From a virus, in the IMG/VR virus record IMGVR_UViG_3300029922_000014, positions 1 through 64,000 of that record: a DNA stretch of 64,000 nucleotides; one strand, written 5' to 3'. The translations under genes and the position numbers were made by a program. How positions within the stretch are numbered: position 1 is the stretch's first letter; the number at the start of each line of letters is the position of its first letter. The notes under the pieces are model-generated. The model made no database searches, was not told the DNA's origin, and was given only the letters and a program-made list of their open reading frames with translations. This document shows positions 36,948-46,242 of this stretch, piece by piece.

Positions 36948-38711
36948 TCAGACTTGGTTGCCGCTGTACCCGCCAAGGTAGACCTGCGCTCCGACGTTCG
37001 CAAGGAGCACAGCGGTCGGGGTTCGGGCAACGATTGTTCCGGCAACAGGTTGGATAAGCGCGGCCATACCGACGTTGACGGCAGGATCCACCGCTTGGCT
37101 GTTGGTGAACGTCGGAGATGTGTCGTCGTCCACGTCAAAATAGCCGGAAGCCGATCCCGATGCGAGCGTAGCCAAGATCAGGAGCGGCGAGTTCGGCAGA
37201 CCTGTCCAGGTATACCACGTCTCGCCGCCGACCGCGGTCACTGTCGTAGGCGGTACCTGCGTTCCGGCATGGATCTGACGAATGACGATGTTCGATACCC
37301 AGAAGTTGGCGGCGACATTCGCACCGGCAATGGTCGCAAAGATCGTCGGCGCATTGCAGACCACGAAGAGGTGGACCTTCTTCGGGATCGGAGCGGCCGG
37401 CAGCGGCTTCGCGTAACTGGAGGTGTTGGCACCCTGAACAGTGACCGCACCGAACACCGGCTTCGTGTCGGCGGCAGAGGTGAAGGTATAGGTGAAGGTA
37501 TTCGCGCCAGTGACGGTGATGACGAATGCGCCATTGTACGCACGTGGCTGCGCACCGCAGACGGTGACCGTCGAACCGTTGGGAAGACCGTGCGGCGCAG
37601 TGGTGGTTGCAGTCACGGTGATTGTTCCGGAAGCGAACGCCTTGGTCAGCGTCACGCCAAGAATCGGCGTCGGCGTCTGCCCCAAGAGCAACGTCACCGG
37701 CTGGTCGGAAACGTAGGTGAAGCTGATTGACACGATGTCATTCGACGTCGCGAAGTCAGGAACGATGATCCGTTGGATGATCGGCACGGTGTCGGTTGGT
37801 GCATCCACCGTCATCAGCAGCGTCCCAACAGGAAAGTTTCCGCGGGTGACCTGAGCGATGGTCGCCTCCCCGGTGACCGGCCATTTGACGCTGATCATGT
37901 CGGTGTTGTACGGGATGCTGAACAGATTGTCGGTCTGGTACGCGTAGCTGCCCACAGCATCTGCCACCGCAGGAACATCCGTGGGCGCGGCATTCGGATC
38001 GGGCAGGATGACATCGAAGCCGATCGCCTGCACCTGCGGTGCTTCAGGCGCAGATTTGAACATCATCCACGTGCGCAGGTTGAAACTGTATTCGGTGCGC
38101 AGATAGCGGTAATCATCTCCTTCGAGATCAGAGAGGTCGGAGGACCCCTCATAGCGCAGGCGCTGATTCATCAGGCCCCAGGGCTGGCGATGCATCACGG
38201 GCAGCAGCCATTCGTTGTGTGCCAGTCCTGGGTATGAGCCAAAGAAGGACAGGAACCATTCCTTGATCACAGCTTCGGTGTTGCGGTTGAGACACCACGC
38301 GGTGACGGTGTACGTGGTGGTGTAGTGTCCTGGCCACTCATGTGGGATGTATTGCCCGGTCACCGGGTTGTAATCTCCGGCCTCGAACATCTTTGCAGGA
38401 CCGGCCAGTTCAGGATCGGGCTGCGGTTCACCGCGCTCAAAGGTCAGCATCGGCAGCGGAAACACAGAGAAGTCCTTGGCATTCGCCGTTGCACCTTTTC
38501 CTGTGGTGGTGATCCAGCCGGTGGTGACCAGCGTATCGACAATGGTGGCGTATTCGCGGGCGGGGCTGCCTTGAATGATCAGGATCGGAACTTGGTTCTT
38601 GGCGACGCCGTGATCGGTCTGGTCGTAATCGACGAGCAGCCCTTGCAGCCACTTCACGATGGCGAAGTCGTGGATCCGGAGCGTATCTTCGTAGGTGGTC
38701 TGTTGGGCCAT
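36948..38711 (-). CDS. tail terminator/completion protein (gp15-like) with C-terminal extensions
   Basis: Position before the sheath; LP.LTF.R, Y.VTAW, R.EYSF.L pattern. Confidence 0.65.
   Translation of the reverse strand: MAQQTTYEDTLRIHDFAIVKWLQGLLVDYDQTDHGVAKNQVPILIIQGSPAREYATIVDTLVTTGWITTTGKGATANAKDFSVFPLPMLTFERGEPQPDPELAGPAKMFEAGDYNPVTGQYIPHEWPGHYTTTYTVTAWCLNRNTEAVIKEWFLSFFGSYPGLAHNEWLLPVMHRQPWGLMNQRLRYEGSSDLSDLEGDDYRYLRTEYSFNLRTWMMFKSAPEAPQVQAIGFDVILPDPNAAPTDVPAVADAVGSYAYQTDNLFSIPYNTDMISVKWPVTGEATIAQVTRGNFPVGTLLMTVDAPTDTVPIIQRIIVPDFATSNDIVSISFTYVSDQPVTLLLGQTPTPILGVTLTKAFASGTITVTATTTAPHGLPNGSTVTVCGAQPRAYNGAFVITVTGANTFTYTFTSAADTKPVFGAVTVQGANTSSYAKPLPAAPIPKKVHLFVVCNAPTIFATIAGANVAANFWVSNIVIRQIHAGTQVPPTTVTAVGGETWYTWTGLPNSPLLILATLASGSASGYFDVDDDTSPTFTNSQAVDPAVNVGMAALIQPVAGTIVARTPTAVLLANVGAQVYLGGYSGNQV
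37725..37742. promoter_or_regulatory. Dispersed palindrome (in CDS, encodes NDIVSI)
   Basis: GATTGACACGATGTCATT. Confidence 0.85.
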
Positions 38712-38728
38712 GGCTTCATCCTCTCACC

Positions 38729-38746
38729 AATTGACACGATGTCAGT
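38729..38746. promoter_or_regulatory. Dispersed palindrome (supplies the TGA stop of 38742..39197)
   Basis: AATTGACACGATGTCAGT. Confidence 0.85.
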
Positions 38747-39197
38747 GCGCAACCACTGCACGTCCAAGAGCGGGTTCGATCGGGCGTCCGTCGAGAAGCG
38801 ACTTCACCTGCATGACGTCGAGCATGGCGTGTGTGCGAAGCCAGAGCAGGTATTCAGACGCGTTGATGTAGGCGCGGTTCATGCCAAGAGGGGTGCGCAT
38901 CGGAATTGGCGATTGGCCGATAACGTCCACCAGGAAAAGCGTCCCTGATATACCGTAGCTGCGACGGTTCTCGGCGGTCTGAAGCAAGGCGTTCTTGGCA
39001 CCAAGGAGGATGCACATGCAGTGGTGCCACATCGGCTTCTCGCGGTCGGTGAGTTCGAGCGCCTGCAAGCCGTCGAGGTCGATGACCTTTTCGACGCTGA
39101 CCCCAAAACGGAGGTCAACGCGCATGAGCACGGAACCGTGGCCTTCGACGCGCAGGATCTTCCCGGCGTACACCGCAGGTGGGAGTTGGATGGCCAT
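38742..39197 (-). CDS. thermonuclease (SNase)-like protein, catalytic motif degenerate
   Basis: Y.GKILRV...VDLRFGV...I.LDGLQA.E...SYG pattern; TGATG coupling. Confidence 0.55.
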   Translation of the reverse strand: MAIQLPPAVYAGKILRVEGHGSVLMRVDLRFGVSVEKVIDLDGLQALELTDREKPMWHHCMCILLGAKNALLQTAENRRSYGISGTLFLVDVIGQSPIPMRTPLGMNRAYINASEYLLWLRTHAMLDVMQVKSLLDGRPIEPALGRAVVAH

Positions 39198-39778
39198 CAG
39201 GAACCCGGGCGCTTGTTTTTGACGTTGCAGGTCACGTACAGAAAGATGTTGGAGTTCTTCCACCAGCCGGATGGGCTGAACTGCATGACCGCGTACTGAT
39301 CGTCCTTCCCGTTGAACGCCCAGTTGAAGTAGTCGCCAACCTGAACGGTGACTTGCGAGGCGTCGAGAATCGAGCACGGGATGTGGATGAGCAGGTCCCA
39401 GACGCGGTCGAAACCGTATTTCTGGAGTTCGTCTTTACGTGCGTTGCGTTGCAGGCGGAAGTTCATCCAGACCGGCGGAGCGTACACCTCGACGCCGGCC
39501 GCCTTGAAGTCAGGTGAGCCGTGGGGCTGCGTCCAGACCGACATATTCGGGTCGACGGCTTCGCGCCACATGGGATCAAACGCGGTCGTTCCGGGAGCGC
39601 CAACCGGGTCCAGTTGCGCGTCTTGCGCGGTGGGATTCTTCTTGATCGCGTAGTATGCACGCCGCGGAAAGAAGCGCTTGTACTGACCTTCGATCAAGCC
39701 GATCTGGGTGCGGACGTCCTTCGCCCAGGCTTCGGGGAACTCGGTCTGTTCAGTGGGGATGCTGGGGAGATACGGCAT
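39197..39778 (-). CDS. neck/head-closure protein (gp14-like)
   Basis: DP.W.E, ELQKYGFDR..DL, VGDYF.W; TGATG coupling. Confidence 0.65.
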   Translation of the reverse strand: MPYLPSIPTEQTEFPEAWAKDVRTQIGLIEGQYKRFFPRRAYYAIKKNPTAQDAQLDPVGAPGTTAFDPMWREAVDPNMSVWTQPHGSPDFKAAGVEVYAPPVWMNFRLQRNARKDELQKYGFDRVWDLLIHIPCSILDASQVTVQVGDYFNWAFNGKDDQYAVMQFSPSGWWKNSNIFLYVTCNVKNKRPGS

Positions 39779-40305
39779 CAGTGATGTCCTGCCATCGACA
39801 GCACGATGCTGCGTGTAATCATCCGGCGCAAGGTGGGCAGCATGCGTTGCATGCGATTGAACTGCGGGCGCCAATGGCGACGTGCAGGAATGCCTGCGGT
39901 GATGTTGCCATATTCCTGGATGTACGCGACCTGCGCCAACGTCAGCTTTGAGGTTGAACCGTCATAATTCACCGCGCGTACGTCCGGGTCGAATCCGATC
40001 TTGAACTCCAGGCCGCCGGCAGTGCGGGAGCGGATGACCTTGATGCCGTTCACGTAGTTGCCCCAGGCGATCATCGTCCGGGGGTCCAGATGATGGGCAT
40101 GCTTGGCTTTGACCGTCCACGGTGAGAGCTTTTTGCGTTTGAAGTCAACGAAGGCTTGCAGCCTGATGCGATCTTTAAAGTCCGTGACCTGGGACTCCGC
40201 GAAGCGCTGAATTGTGGCACCAACAGCCTCTGGAACGCCTTGCAGACGCGCTGCAACGAGCCGCCACTGTGGAATGATGTCCTTGGGGACGCGACGGACG
40301 GCCAT
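39778..40305 (-). CDS. neck/tail completion protein
   Basis: LS..T...K, AYIQEYG....IPAR.HWRP motif. Confidence 0.75.
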   Translation of the reverse strand: MAVRRVPKDIIPQWRLVAARLQGVPEAVGATIQRFAESQVTDFKDRIRLQAFVDFKRKKLSPWTVKAKHAHHLDPRTMIAWGNYVNGIKVIRSRTAGGLEFKIGFDPDVRAVNYDGSTSKLTLAQVAYIQEYGNITAGIPARRHWRPQFNRMQRMLPTLRRMITRSIVLSMAGHH

Positions 40306-40351
40306 GGCCTTATCCGTTTGTCAGGGGAGAAGAGTTGGGTAGAGTTGCGGC

Positions 40352-40870
40352 ATGGAAAAATGGAAACCGTGCCCCAACTTCGCGCGCTACGAAGTGTCGA
40401 ACTTTGGACGCATGAGACGGGCCGTCGATATGGCACGCGGATACAAGGCGGGGGGGCTGATCCAACCAGAAGCGGACAGAGCCGGCTATCTCCGCTTTTC
40501 GCTGATCGCAGTACAGGGGGGAAAAATGGTACATCGACTTGCGCATCGACTTGTCATGGAAGCCTTCACGGGACCGCCCCCATCCCCAAAGCACGTCGTC
40601 AATCACAGGGACGGAAAAAAGCACAACAATTACCATGAGAACTTGGAGTGGACGACACACCGCGGAAATAGACTTCACGCATGCCGCGTATTGGGTTGCC
40701 GCGGTGAACGTAACGGAGGAGGCGGAAAGTTGAAAGACGCGCAGGTGCGAGAAATAAAGGAAGCTCTCCGCCAAGGCGTCATGCAAAAAACGCTCTGTGC
40801 ACAATACGGGGTCAGTAGCGCCCTTATAAGCTTTATCAATACGGGTAAGGTTTGGGCGCACGTCAGCTAA
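40352..40870 (+). CDS. NUMOD4-HNH homing endonuclease
   Basis: EKWKP...YEVSNFGR, HRLV.EAF, VNHRDGKKHNN...NLEW; the only clearly genuine plus-strand gene. Confidence 0.9.
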   Translation: MEKWKPCPNFARYEVSNFGRMRRAVDMARGYKAGGLIQPEADRAGYLRFSLIAVQGGKMVHRLAHRLVMEAFTGPPPSPKHVVNHRDGKKHNNYHENLEWTTHRGNRLHACRVLGCRGERNGGGGKLKDAQVREIKEALRQGVMQKTLCAQYGVSSALISFINTGKVWAHVS

Positions 40871-41637
40871 CCCAAAACCGGCAGGAGAGGACGACGGCGC
40901 TTGCGGATCTCTTCGAGCCATTCCGCCTCTTCTTCCTTCCCCTCCTCCTTGAGGTCTTCGCTGTCGATCGGGTCCATACCGCCGTCAGGCGTAGCGATGC
41001 CGCCGAACTTGCCGCGGATCTTCGCCAGGATCTGTTTGGCGCGGGCGGTGACGAATCCGAGGAGAATGTCCGTATCCCCGTCCGGGATCATGCCGATGCC
41101 GGAGGTTGCGTCGTCATCGCCGGTATAATGGAAGGTGTAGTCGATCGAGCACAAAACAGGAACGCGGGCAATGTCGATGAACAGATACAACTCATCGCCT
41201 TCCCAGTTCTGCTGAAAGGTCGGATCGGTGGATGCCACTTCGCGGGCGAGCTTGATGTATTGCAATTGCTGGTCGATCTCACCGAAGGGTGTTCCCTGTC
41301 CGGAGAGGATTCTGCCGATGCCATTGTTGATGGTGTCGAACGGGTCGGTGACGGGCGCCTGATTGGTCACGAATTGGACCTTGGTCACCCCCTGAATCGA
41401 CGTCGGGATGCTGGGAATGGTCGAACCGTCATTCAGCGGCCCGTATTTCTTCTGGGCGGTGTTGACGAATATCGCAGCCCGCCCACGACCAGGACGGGTG
41501 CGATTGTAGACGCGAATGAAGTCCTTGAAGCACTTGTCGAAGTCGTCTTTGTCGAGTTCGACGGCAACACGCCGCGAGCCCAACGCCGTGAGCACTTCTT
41601 GCATGACCGCTGCGGTGGTCAATTCATTGCGAGGCAC
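40867..41637 (-). CDS. neck/head-tail adaptor (T4 gp13-like)
   Basis: LG...V.VELD; C-terminal ILAKIRGKFGG..PDGG...L.EEG. Confidence 0.8.
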   Translation of the reverse strand: MPRNELTTAAVMQEVLTALGSRRVAVELDKDDFDKCFKDFIRVYNRTRPGRGRAAIFVNTAQKKYGPLNDGSTIPSIPTSIQGVTKVQFVTNQAPVTDPFDTINNGIGRILSGQGTPFGEIDQQLQYIKLAREVASTDPTFQQNWEGDELYLFIDIARVPVLCSIDYTFHYTGDDDATSGIGMIPDGDTDILLGFVTARAKQILAKIRGKFGGIATPDGGMDPIDSEDLKEEGKEEEAEWLEEIRKRRRPLLPVLG

Positions 41638-41654
41638 GGCGTTGGGCTCCTAGA

Positions 41655-42167
41655 TCAGGGACGGCGCGGAGCGGGCTTCAGCGGGCCTTTCGGCGCCGTT
41701 CCCGCACTCGCTTTGGAGGCGTCGGAAGAATCTCCCGCACCACTCGCCGCGCTGCCCGCCGCAAGAGCATCAGGATCGACACCGTCATCCGCGTCGCCAG
41801 CGCTGCCGGTATCAGCAGCGGAAGCAGCAGCCGGAGCCGGTTTCGTGCGAGCCACAGGCGCAGGGACAGCTTTGCCCGAGAGGTACGCGCGGAGGTCCAC
41901 GTCCGAAAGCGGAGGAGCGGATTTGACGAGTTCTGCGGGAAACGGGCTCAGGGGACCGCGCACCCCACCGTCTCCACCGAATTGGCCGTAGTGTTCGCCG
42001 CGAACGACATAGATGGCCCGCGGGTTGCGGTCGCCCTTCTTGTCGCGCCAGGGGAGGACTTCGATCCGGCGCCCGGATGGGGTATAGACCCCGACGGCCA
42101 CGGACTGGGGGTTGTAGAAGAGCCGGCCTTCCGGTTCGTTGATCTCGTCGAGCGTTGGCAATGCCAT
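41655..42167 (-). CDS. hypothetical protein with low-complexity C-terminus
   Basis: AAGGA RBS; head-neck cluster. Confidence 0.65.
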   Translation of the reverse strand: MALPTLDEINEPEGRLFYNPQSVAVGVYTPSGRRIEVLPWRDKKGDRNPRAIYVVRGEHYGQFGGDGGVRGPLSPFPAELVKSAPPLSDVDLRAYLSGKAVPAPVARTKPAPAAASAADTGSAGDADDGVDPDALAAGSAASGAGDSSDASKASAGTAPKGPLKPAPRRP

Positions 42168-42261
42168 ACGGTGTTTCCTTGGGTTCTGAGTAAGACCGCA
42201 CTGCGGTCAGATACCCAGGTTTAAGGCAAACCGATGGCGAAGGAAGGCAGCGGCGGGTGTT

Positions 42262-42280
42262 GATTGACGTCGTGTCAATC
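42262..42280. promoter_or_regulatory. Dispersed palindrome (one mismatch) at the HNH stop
   Basis: GATTGACGTCGTGTCAATC. Confidence 0.75.
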
Positions 42281-43049
42281 AGGGAACGTGCGCCCAAACC
42301 TTTCGGCTGACGATCATACTGACCGTCGGTCGGGAAACTCCGTAGTCTTTACCGACCGCCTCCTGAACCTCACCTGCGGCGCAGCGCGTACGGATCGCAC
42401 GAACATCAGCTTCGGTCAGTTTCGCGCCGCCAACACGCTCTCCGCGTGCAACATTGACCAGCCCGGCCGCAATGGCTTCTTTCCGGCCACGGTTTGCGTT
42501 GGGGATCTTGCGCGGAATGACTGGACGAACATTTCCCTCTTCGTCGAGAGCTTGAACGTTCTTCCATGTTTTGTGGTTGACGATTCTGCTGATTTGACCA
42601 GGAACCATAGCGTAGTCGAGACCAATGGCGTACTGCGTCTCTCCTGTGGCGTACCTGCGCCGTATTTCACGAACGTCATTTTCAGTTAGCTTGGCGTTAC
42701 CGTGCGCTTCGCCACGACCACAATCGGTAAGGCCGTTGGCGACCGCATGATCACGGTTCTCCTGATTCGTGGCATATTCTAAGTTCGACGCGGCATTGTT
42801 CGTCTTGTCTGTGTCCTTGTGATTGATCTGTGGGCGATCCACAGGTGGCGGTCCGTGAAAGGTCAGAGCGATGAGCCGATGAACATAGCGTGGGTGCCTG
42901 ATCTTATCCACGTACAGCGAAACGTTGCGGTATTCACCGCCGCGTGCGCTCTTGTAGGGCGTCAGAATCTTTCCGGTGTCACTGTTTCGGATGCTGCCAT
43001 CCTCATGAGCTTCATATGGTGGAAGGTCAGGGATAGGTGTCCAGGGCAT
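42279..43049 (-). CDS. HNH homing endonuclease with duplicated C-terminal HTH
   Basis: VHRLIALTF, INHKD.DKTNN...NLE; two RGE..G.AKLTE.DVR.IR repeats. Confidence 0.9.
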   Translation of the reverse strand: MPWTPIPDLPPYEAHEDGSIRNSDTGKILTPYKSARGGEYRNVSLYVDKIRHPRYVHRLIALTFHGPPPVDRPQINHKDTDKTNNAASNLEYATNQENRDHAVANGLTDCGRGEAHGNAKLTENDVREIRRRYATGETQYAIGLDYAMVPGQISRIVNHKTWKNVQALDEEGNVRPVIPRKIPNANRGRKEAIAAGLVNVARGERVGGAKLTEADVRAIRTRCAAGEVQEAVGKDYGVSRPTVSMIVSRKVWAHVP

Positions 43050-43056
43050 GCCGCAC

Positions 43057-43083
43057 ATTATACAACATGCGCGTTGACGTCAA
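43057..43083 (-). promoter_or_regulatory. Promoter TTGACG-N15-TATAAT for a probably leaderless HNH mRNA
   Basis: TATAAT 7 nt upstream of ATG 43049; no RBS. Confidence 0.55.
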
Positions 43084-43125
43084 ATCTATACAACGTGACG
43101 CGCTGACGCTACTGTAAATGCAAAC

Positions 43126-43157
43126 GAAGAAGGGCAGGATTGCTCCTGCCCTTCTTC
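43126..43157 (-). terminator. Intrinsic terminator after the major capsid gene
   Basis: 14-bp stem GAAGAAGGGCAGGA, GCAA loop, T-rich tail. Confidence 0.85.
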
Positions 43158-43176
43158 AGCCCCTCTGGACCGCGGT

Positions 43177-44652
43177 TTAGGCGGTGAGGCTGATTCGCAC
43201 GTACATAGCAGCATTCACAACTTTCGTTGCGTAGCGGCTGGCCATCCCCTTCTGGGTGACCATATTCGCAGTGGTCAACGGATCAGTTGTGTACATCATT
43301 TGGTAGGGCGACCACACATATCCCGCCTCATAGAATTGCGACCCCTTGTACCCCATCAGGATGTTGCCCGCCGAGGCGGCGCCGACTTCCTGGTCGAGCA
43401 GCAGGTCCTTGTAGACGCGGTAGCGCCCCAGCAAGGTCCCGATGAAGTGGGGACCGTTGATGTTGGACGGGCGCGGGGCGGCGACGAACATGCCGGCCGG
43501 CAGCGATTCGATGACGTTCGCCGCGCCGTTGTCGACCACGATCCAGTTGCCGTAGGCCTTCATGGTCTTGCGCTGGATGCTGTTGCTGGCCGCGTTCAGG
43601 ACGATGACGAGGTCCTTGAAATGGTCCTGCTGGTTGTAGTAACCGGCCGACGGCGCGCTGATCTGGAAGGTCTGGACGACCGGGGCGAGTTGGAACAACT
43701 CGCTGATGATCTGGCGGCTGATCTCGTAGTTCATCTGCTCGGCGGCGCCGGAGACAAGCGACGGTTCCAGGGCCACGCCCAGTTCGTTCATGACGTCGAA
43801 GACCGATTCCATCGAGTAGTTGAGGATGAGCGCACGGCGCTCGGTCTCGACGGTCGAGGTGACGATCTGCACGTCCACCTGGGGCACGGACAGCGAGCCT
43901 TCCGAGTCCCAGCGATAGGTCGCGGTGACCGGCTGGGCGTCGACGTTGCTGCCGAAGGTGATGGAGAACACGCCGGTGGCGTAGTTGATGCTGCCGGAGA
44001 GGCCGCCGGTCCAGCCACCGTTGCCGTTGTCCGACGCCGAGGTCAGGGTGGACGAGAGCGAGGCGGTGATGACCACGGTGCCGGGGCGCACGCCGCCGCC
44101 GTCGTGGAACTGGAGGGTGCCGGTGATGACCGCCGAGGAGCCGGTGCCGGTCGCGACCACTTCGACGTCGATCACTTCATTCGAGAAGTTGTAACCGATG
44201 TCCTGCTTGCCGCGGTTCGCGTCGAACAGGCGCTGGCCCGGAGCATACGAACCCTTGCCGGAGCCGACGACCCAGTTCCAGTAGATGATGGTCGAGGTGC
44301 GGCGGGTGGTGGGCTGCACCGAGACGAGGTCGTTCGCGATGTTGGTCGGGAAGCCGGCGCGGACGATCGGGTACAGATAGTCCGAGAAGCCGCCCACCAG
44401 CGCGGCGCGGGTCGCCTCGTTGATGTTGACGCGACCCTTCGAGTCGATCTTCGAGCGGGTGATGGCGGCGAGCCAGCGCTTGCTGTTTTCCAGCATGAGC
44501 GCGGTCTGGCTGCGGAGGATGTCATCCTCCATGCGCAGGTCGCCCTGATCGCTTTCCGCGAAGTATTCGCACCAGCCGCCTTCGGCTTCGGGGGTGGCGG
44601 CGAGGCGGAGGCCCGCTTCGTAAATCTTCTCGTAGGTGCCTTGGTCGGACAT
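43177..44652 (-). CDS. major capsid protein (T4 gp23-like)
   Basis: LVSVQP, RAL...YS.E, EI.RQII, GNWIV, GTL.GRYRVY.D, LMGYKG...EAGY..SPY, SRYA; strong codon bias. Confidence 0.95.
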   Translation of the reverse strand: MSDQGTYEKIYEAGLRLAATPEAEGGWCEYFAESDQGDLRMEDDILRSQTALMLENSKRWLAAITRSKIDSKGRVNINEATRAALVGGFSDYLYPIVRAGFPTNIANDLVSVQPTTRRTSTIIYWNWVVGSGKGSYAPGQRLFDANRGKQDIGYNFSNEVIDVEVVATGTGSSAVITGTLQFHDGGGVRPGTVVITASLSSTLTSASDNGNGGWTGGLSGSINYATGVFSITFGSNVDAQPVTATYRWDSEGSLSVPQVDVQIVTSTVETERRALILNYSMESVFDVMNELGVALEPSLVSGAAEQMNYEISRQIISELFQLAPVVQTFQISAPSAGYYNQQDHFKDLVIVLNAASNSIQRKTMKAYGNWIVVDNGAANVIESLPAGMFVAAPRPSNINGPHFIGTLLGRYRVYKDLLLDQEVGAASAGNILMGYKGSQFYEAGYVWSPYQMMYTTDPLTTANMVTQKGMASRYATKVVNAAMYVRISLTA

Positions 44653-44742
44653 GGGATGAACTCCTGAATCTGGGGGGTTGGGTATAGACGTACAGAACGC
44701 TTGCGGCCTGCCAAGACGCTTTACCCGCAGGCTTGATGACGA

Positions 44743-46242
44743 CTACTTGAGCGTGGAGCGCTTGATGATCTTGGCGGCGAGGGCGACCCCGCCTTCCGCA
44801 ACGATCTTGTCCTGGTTTTCGGAGATGGACTCCGAGACCACAGAAAGACCGGTGGGGAGTGACCGACGCTTCTTGGGCGGGGCGATGGCGTTGGTCTGCG
44901 CTTCGGCCACGGGGACCTGGGCATGCACGACCTTGGTGAGATCACGAATGGTGGCGTTGAGTTCCACGAGGCTGGTGGCCTCCTCCAACTTGAGCCGGTG
45001 AGGGGCCAAGTCGGGCATTTCTTTCACCGCTTCTTCCACCGCCGCCTTCAGAGGCGATTCGGTTTTCCGCTTCGACTGCTTCGCGATCACGTCAGTAGCT
45101 GCCTCCAAACGGGCGGCCATCTTGGCGTTTTCTTCGACTTCGGCTGCGAGCTTGTCTTGAAGCATTGACACCGTGTCAGTTGCTTCAACCAGCTTGGCAT
45201 CCGCGTCGCTGAGCCGTTCACGCAGCCCGACGTTCTCCTGAACGGAGATGTCGACCTGCCGCTGCAACGTCTCGATGACCGGGGTGAACGTCTTGGCGGG
45301 TGCTTTCGGCTTGAGCAATTCGATGGATTCGGACAGCTTGCGCTGCAACCACCCACGAACGTTCTTTGCCTCCTGCGCGTCGATCAGCGCCTCCGCCTCG
45401 AAGTCGTTCACCTGCTTGAATCGGGTGACCAGCGACGACGCAAAGGCGTGCTGTTCCGTTTCAGTCAGGGTTGCGACTACGGTGGCGTTGGCGTCGGTCG
45501 CGCTTTCGACCAGGGCCTTCACTTCCTCGCTCATCTCTCCAGAGACCTTCACAGCCTCCGGCATCTTGTTCCCGATCAGCGTCGGGTACGCCCCGGGAGT
45601 GCTGGGGCGCATGACGGCGTCCCAGGTCTCAACCAGAAAGTCGGATTCACTGACGGTACCCTCGGCATTGACCGAACCGATACCGCGACTGGAAACACCC
45701 CAGCGAATGTTCTTGAGGGTGTATTCCTGAAGGATCAGGCCATGGGGGGTGTCGAGAAGTTCAGCCTTCCCCCACACGACACCGTCTTCGTTCAGCTTGA
45801 GGTCGGTGACCAGGAGAGCGCCGAGGGGTCCGTAGGTGCGACCGTTCTCAGGATGCTCGAAAAGTCCGAGCATGGCACGCTTGCGCATCGCCTCCATGAC
45901 CGCCGACTTGTTGGCAATCAGACGTTCCCAGACCTTGCGCGGGTAGGTGCGGCCATTGGCATTCTTGACATCGGAACGCTGGAACGGTCCTTCAACCATC
46001 CACTTGCCGTCCTTGACGTACTTCTTGCCATTCTCGCGTTCGAGGAGGTCGAGCTTGTCGATGCTCTCGACGAGAACGCGCCCATCGCCCTGACAGGATT
46101 CGGTCAGCAGTTTTCCGGCCGGGGTGGCTTGGCCTTCGACCACGAAGACCTTCTGCCCCTGCTGCACATAGCGCAGATCGGGGAAGAAGGCGCCTTCGTA
46201 GCCTTCACAGATCCGAACGCGCTTCGCTTGGGAGTTGGACAT
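44743..46242 (-). CDS. prohead protease (T4 gp21-like) fused to a coiled-coil scaffold
   Basis: G.FQ..DVKNANGR.YP, LG..EHP, G.AELLDTP.G, GVSSRG.GS, WD.V..PSTPGA. Confidence 0.9.
   Translation of the reverse strand: MSNSQAKRVRICEGYEGAFFPDLRYVQQGQKVFVVEGQATPAGKLLTESCQGDGRVLVESIDKLDLLERENGKKYVKDGKWMVEGPFQRSDVKNANGRTYPRKVWERLIANKSAVMEAMRKRAMLGLFEHPENGRTYGPLGALLVTDLKLNEDGVVWGKAELLDTPHGLILQEYTLKNIRWGVSSRGIGSVNAEGTVSESDFLVETWDAVMRPSTPGAYPTLIGNKMPEAVKVSGEMSEEVKALVESATDANATVVATLTETEQHAFASSLVTRFKQVNDFEAEALIDAQEAKNVRGWLQRKLSESIELLKPKAPAKTFTPVIETLQRQVDISVQENVGLRERLSDADAKLVEATDTVSMLQDKLAAEVEENAKMAARLEAATDVIAKQSKRKTESPLKAAVEEAVKEMPDLAPHRLKLEEATSLVELNATIRDLTKVVHAQVPVAEAQTNAIAPPKKRRSLPTGLSVVSESISENQDKIVAEGGVALAAKIIKRSTLK
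45163..45180. promoter_or_regulatory. Dispersed palindrome (in CDS, encodes TDTVSM)
   Basis: CATTGACACCGTGTCAGT. Confidence 0.8.

Noticed and set aside
40310-40921. 203-aa minus-strand ORF, or a group I intron around the HNH
   Set aside because: Shadow of the plus-strand HNH; flanking genes are intact and the intergenic space is too short for an intron core
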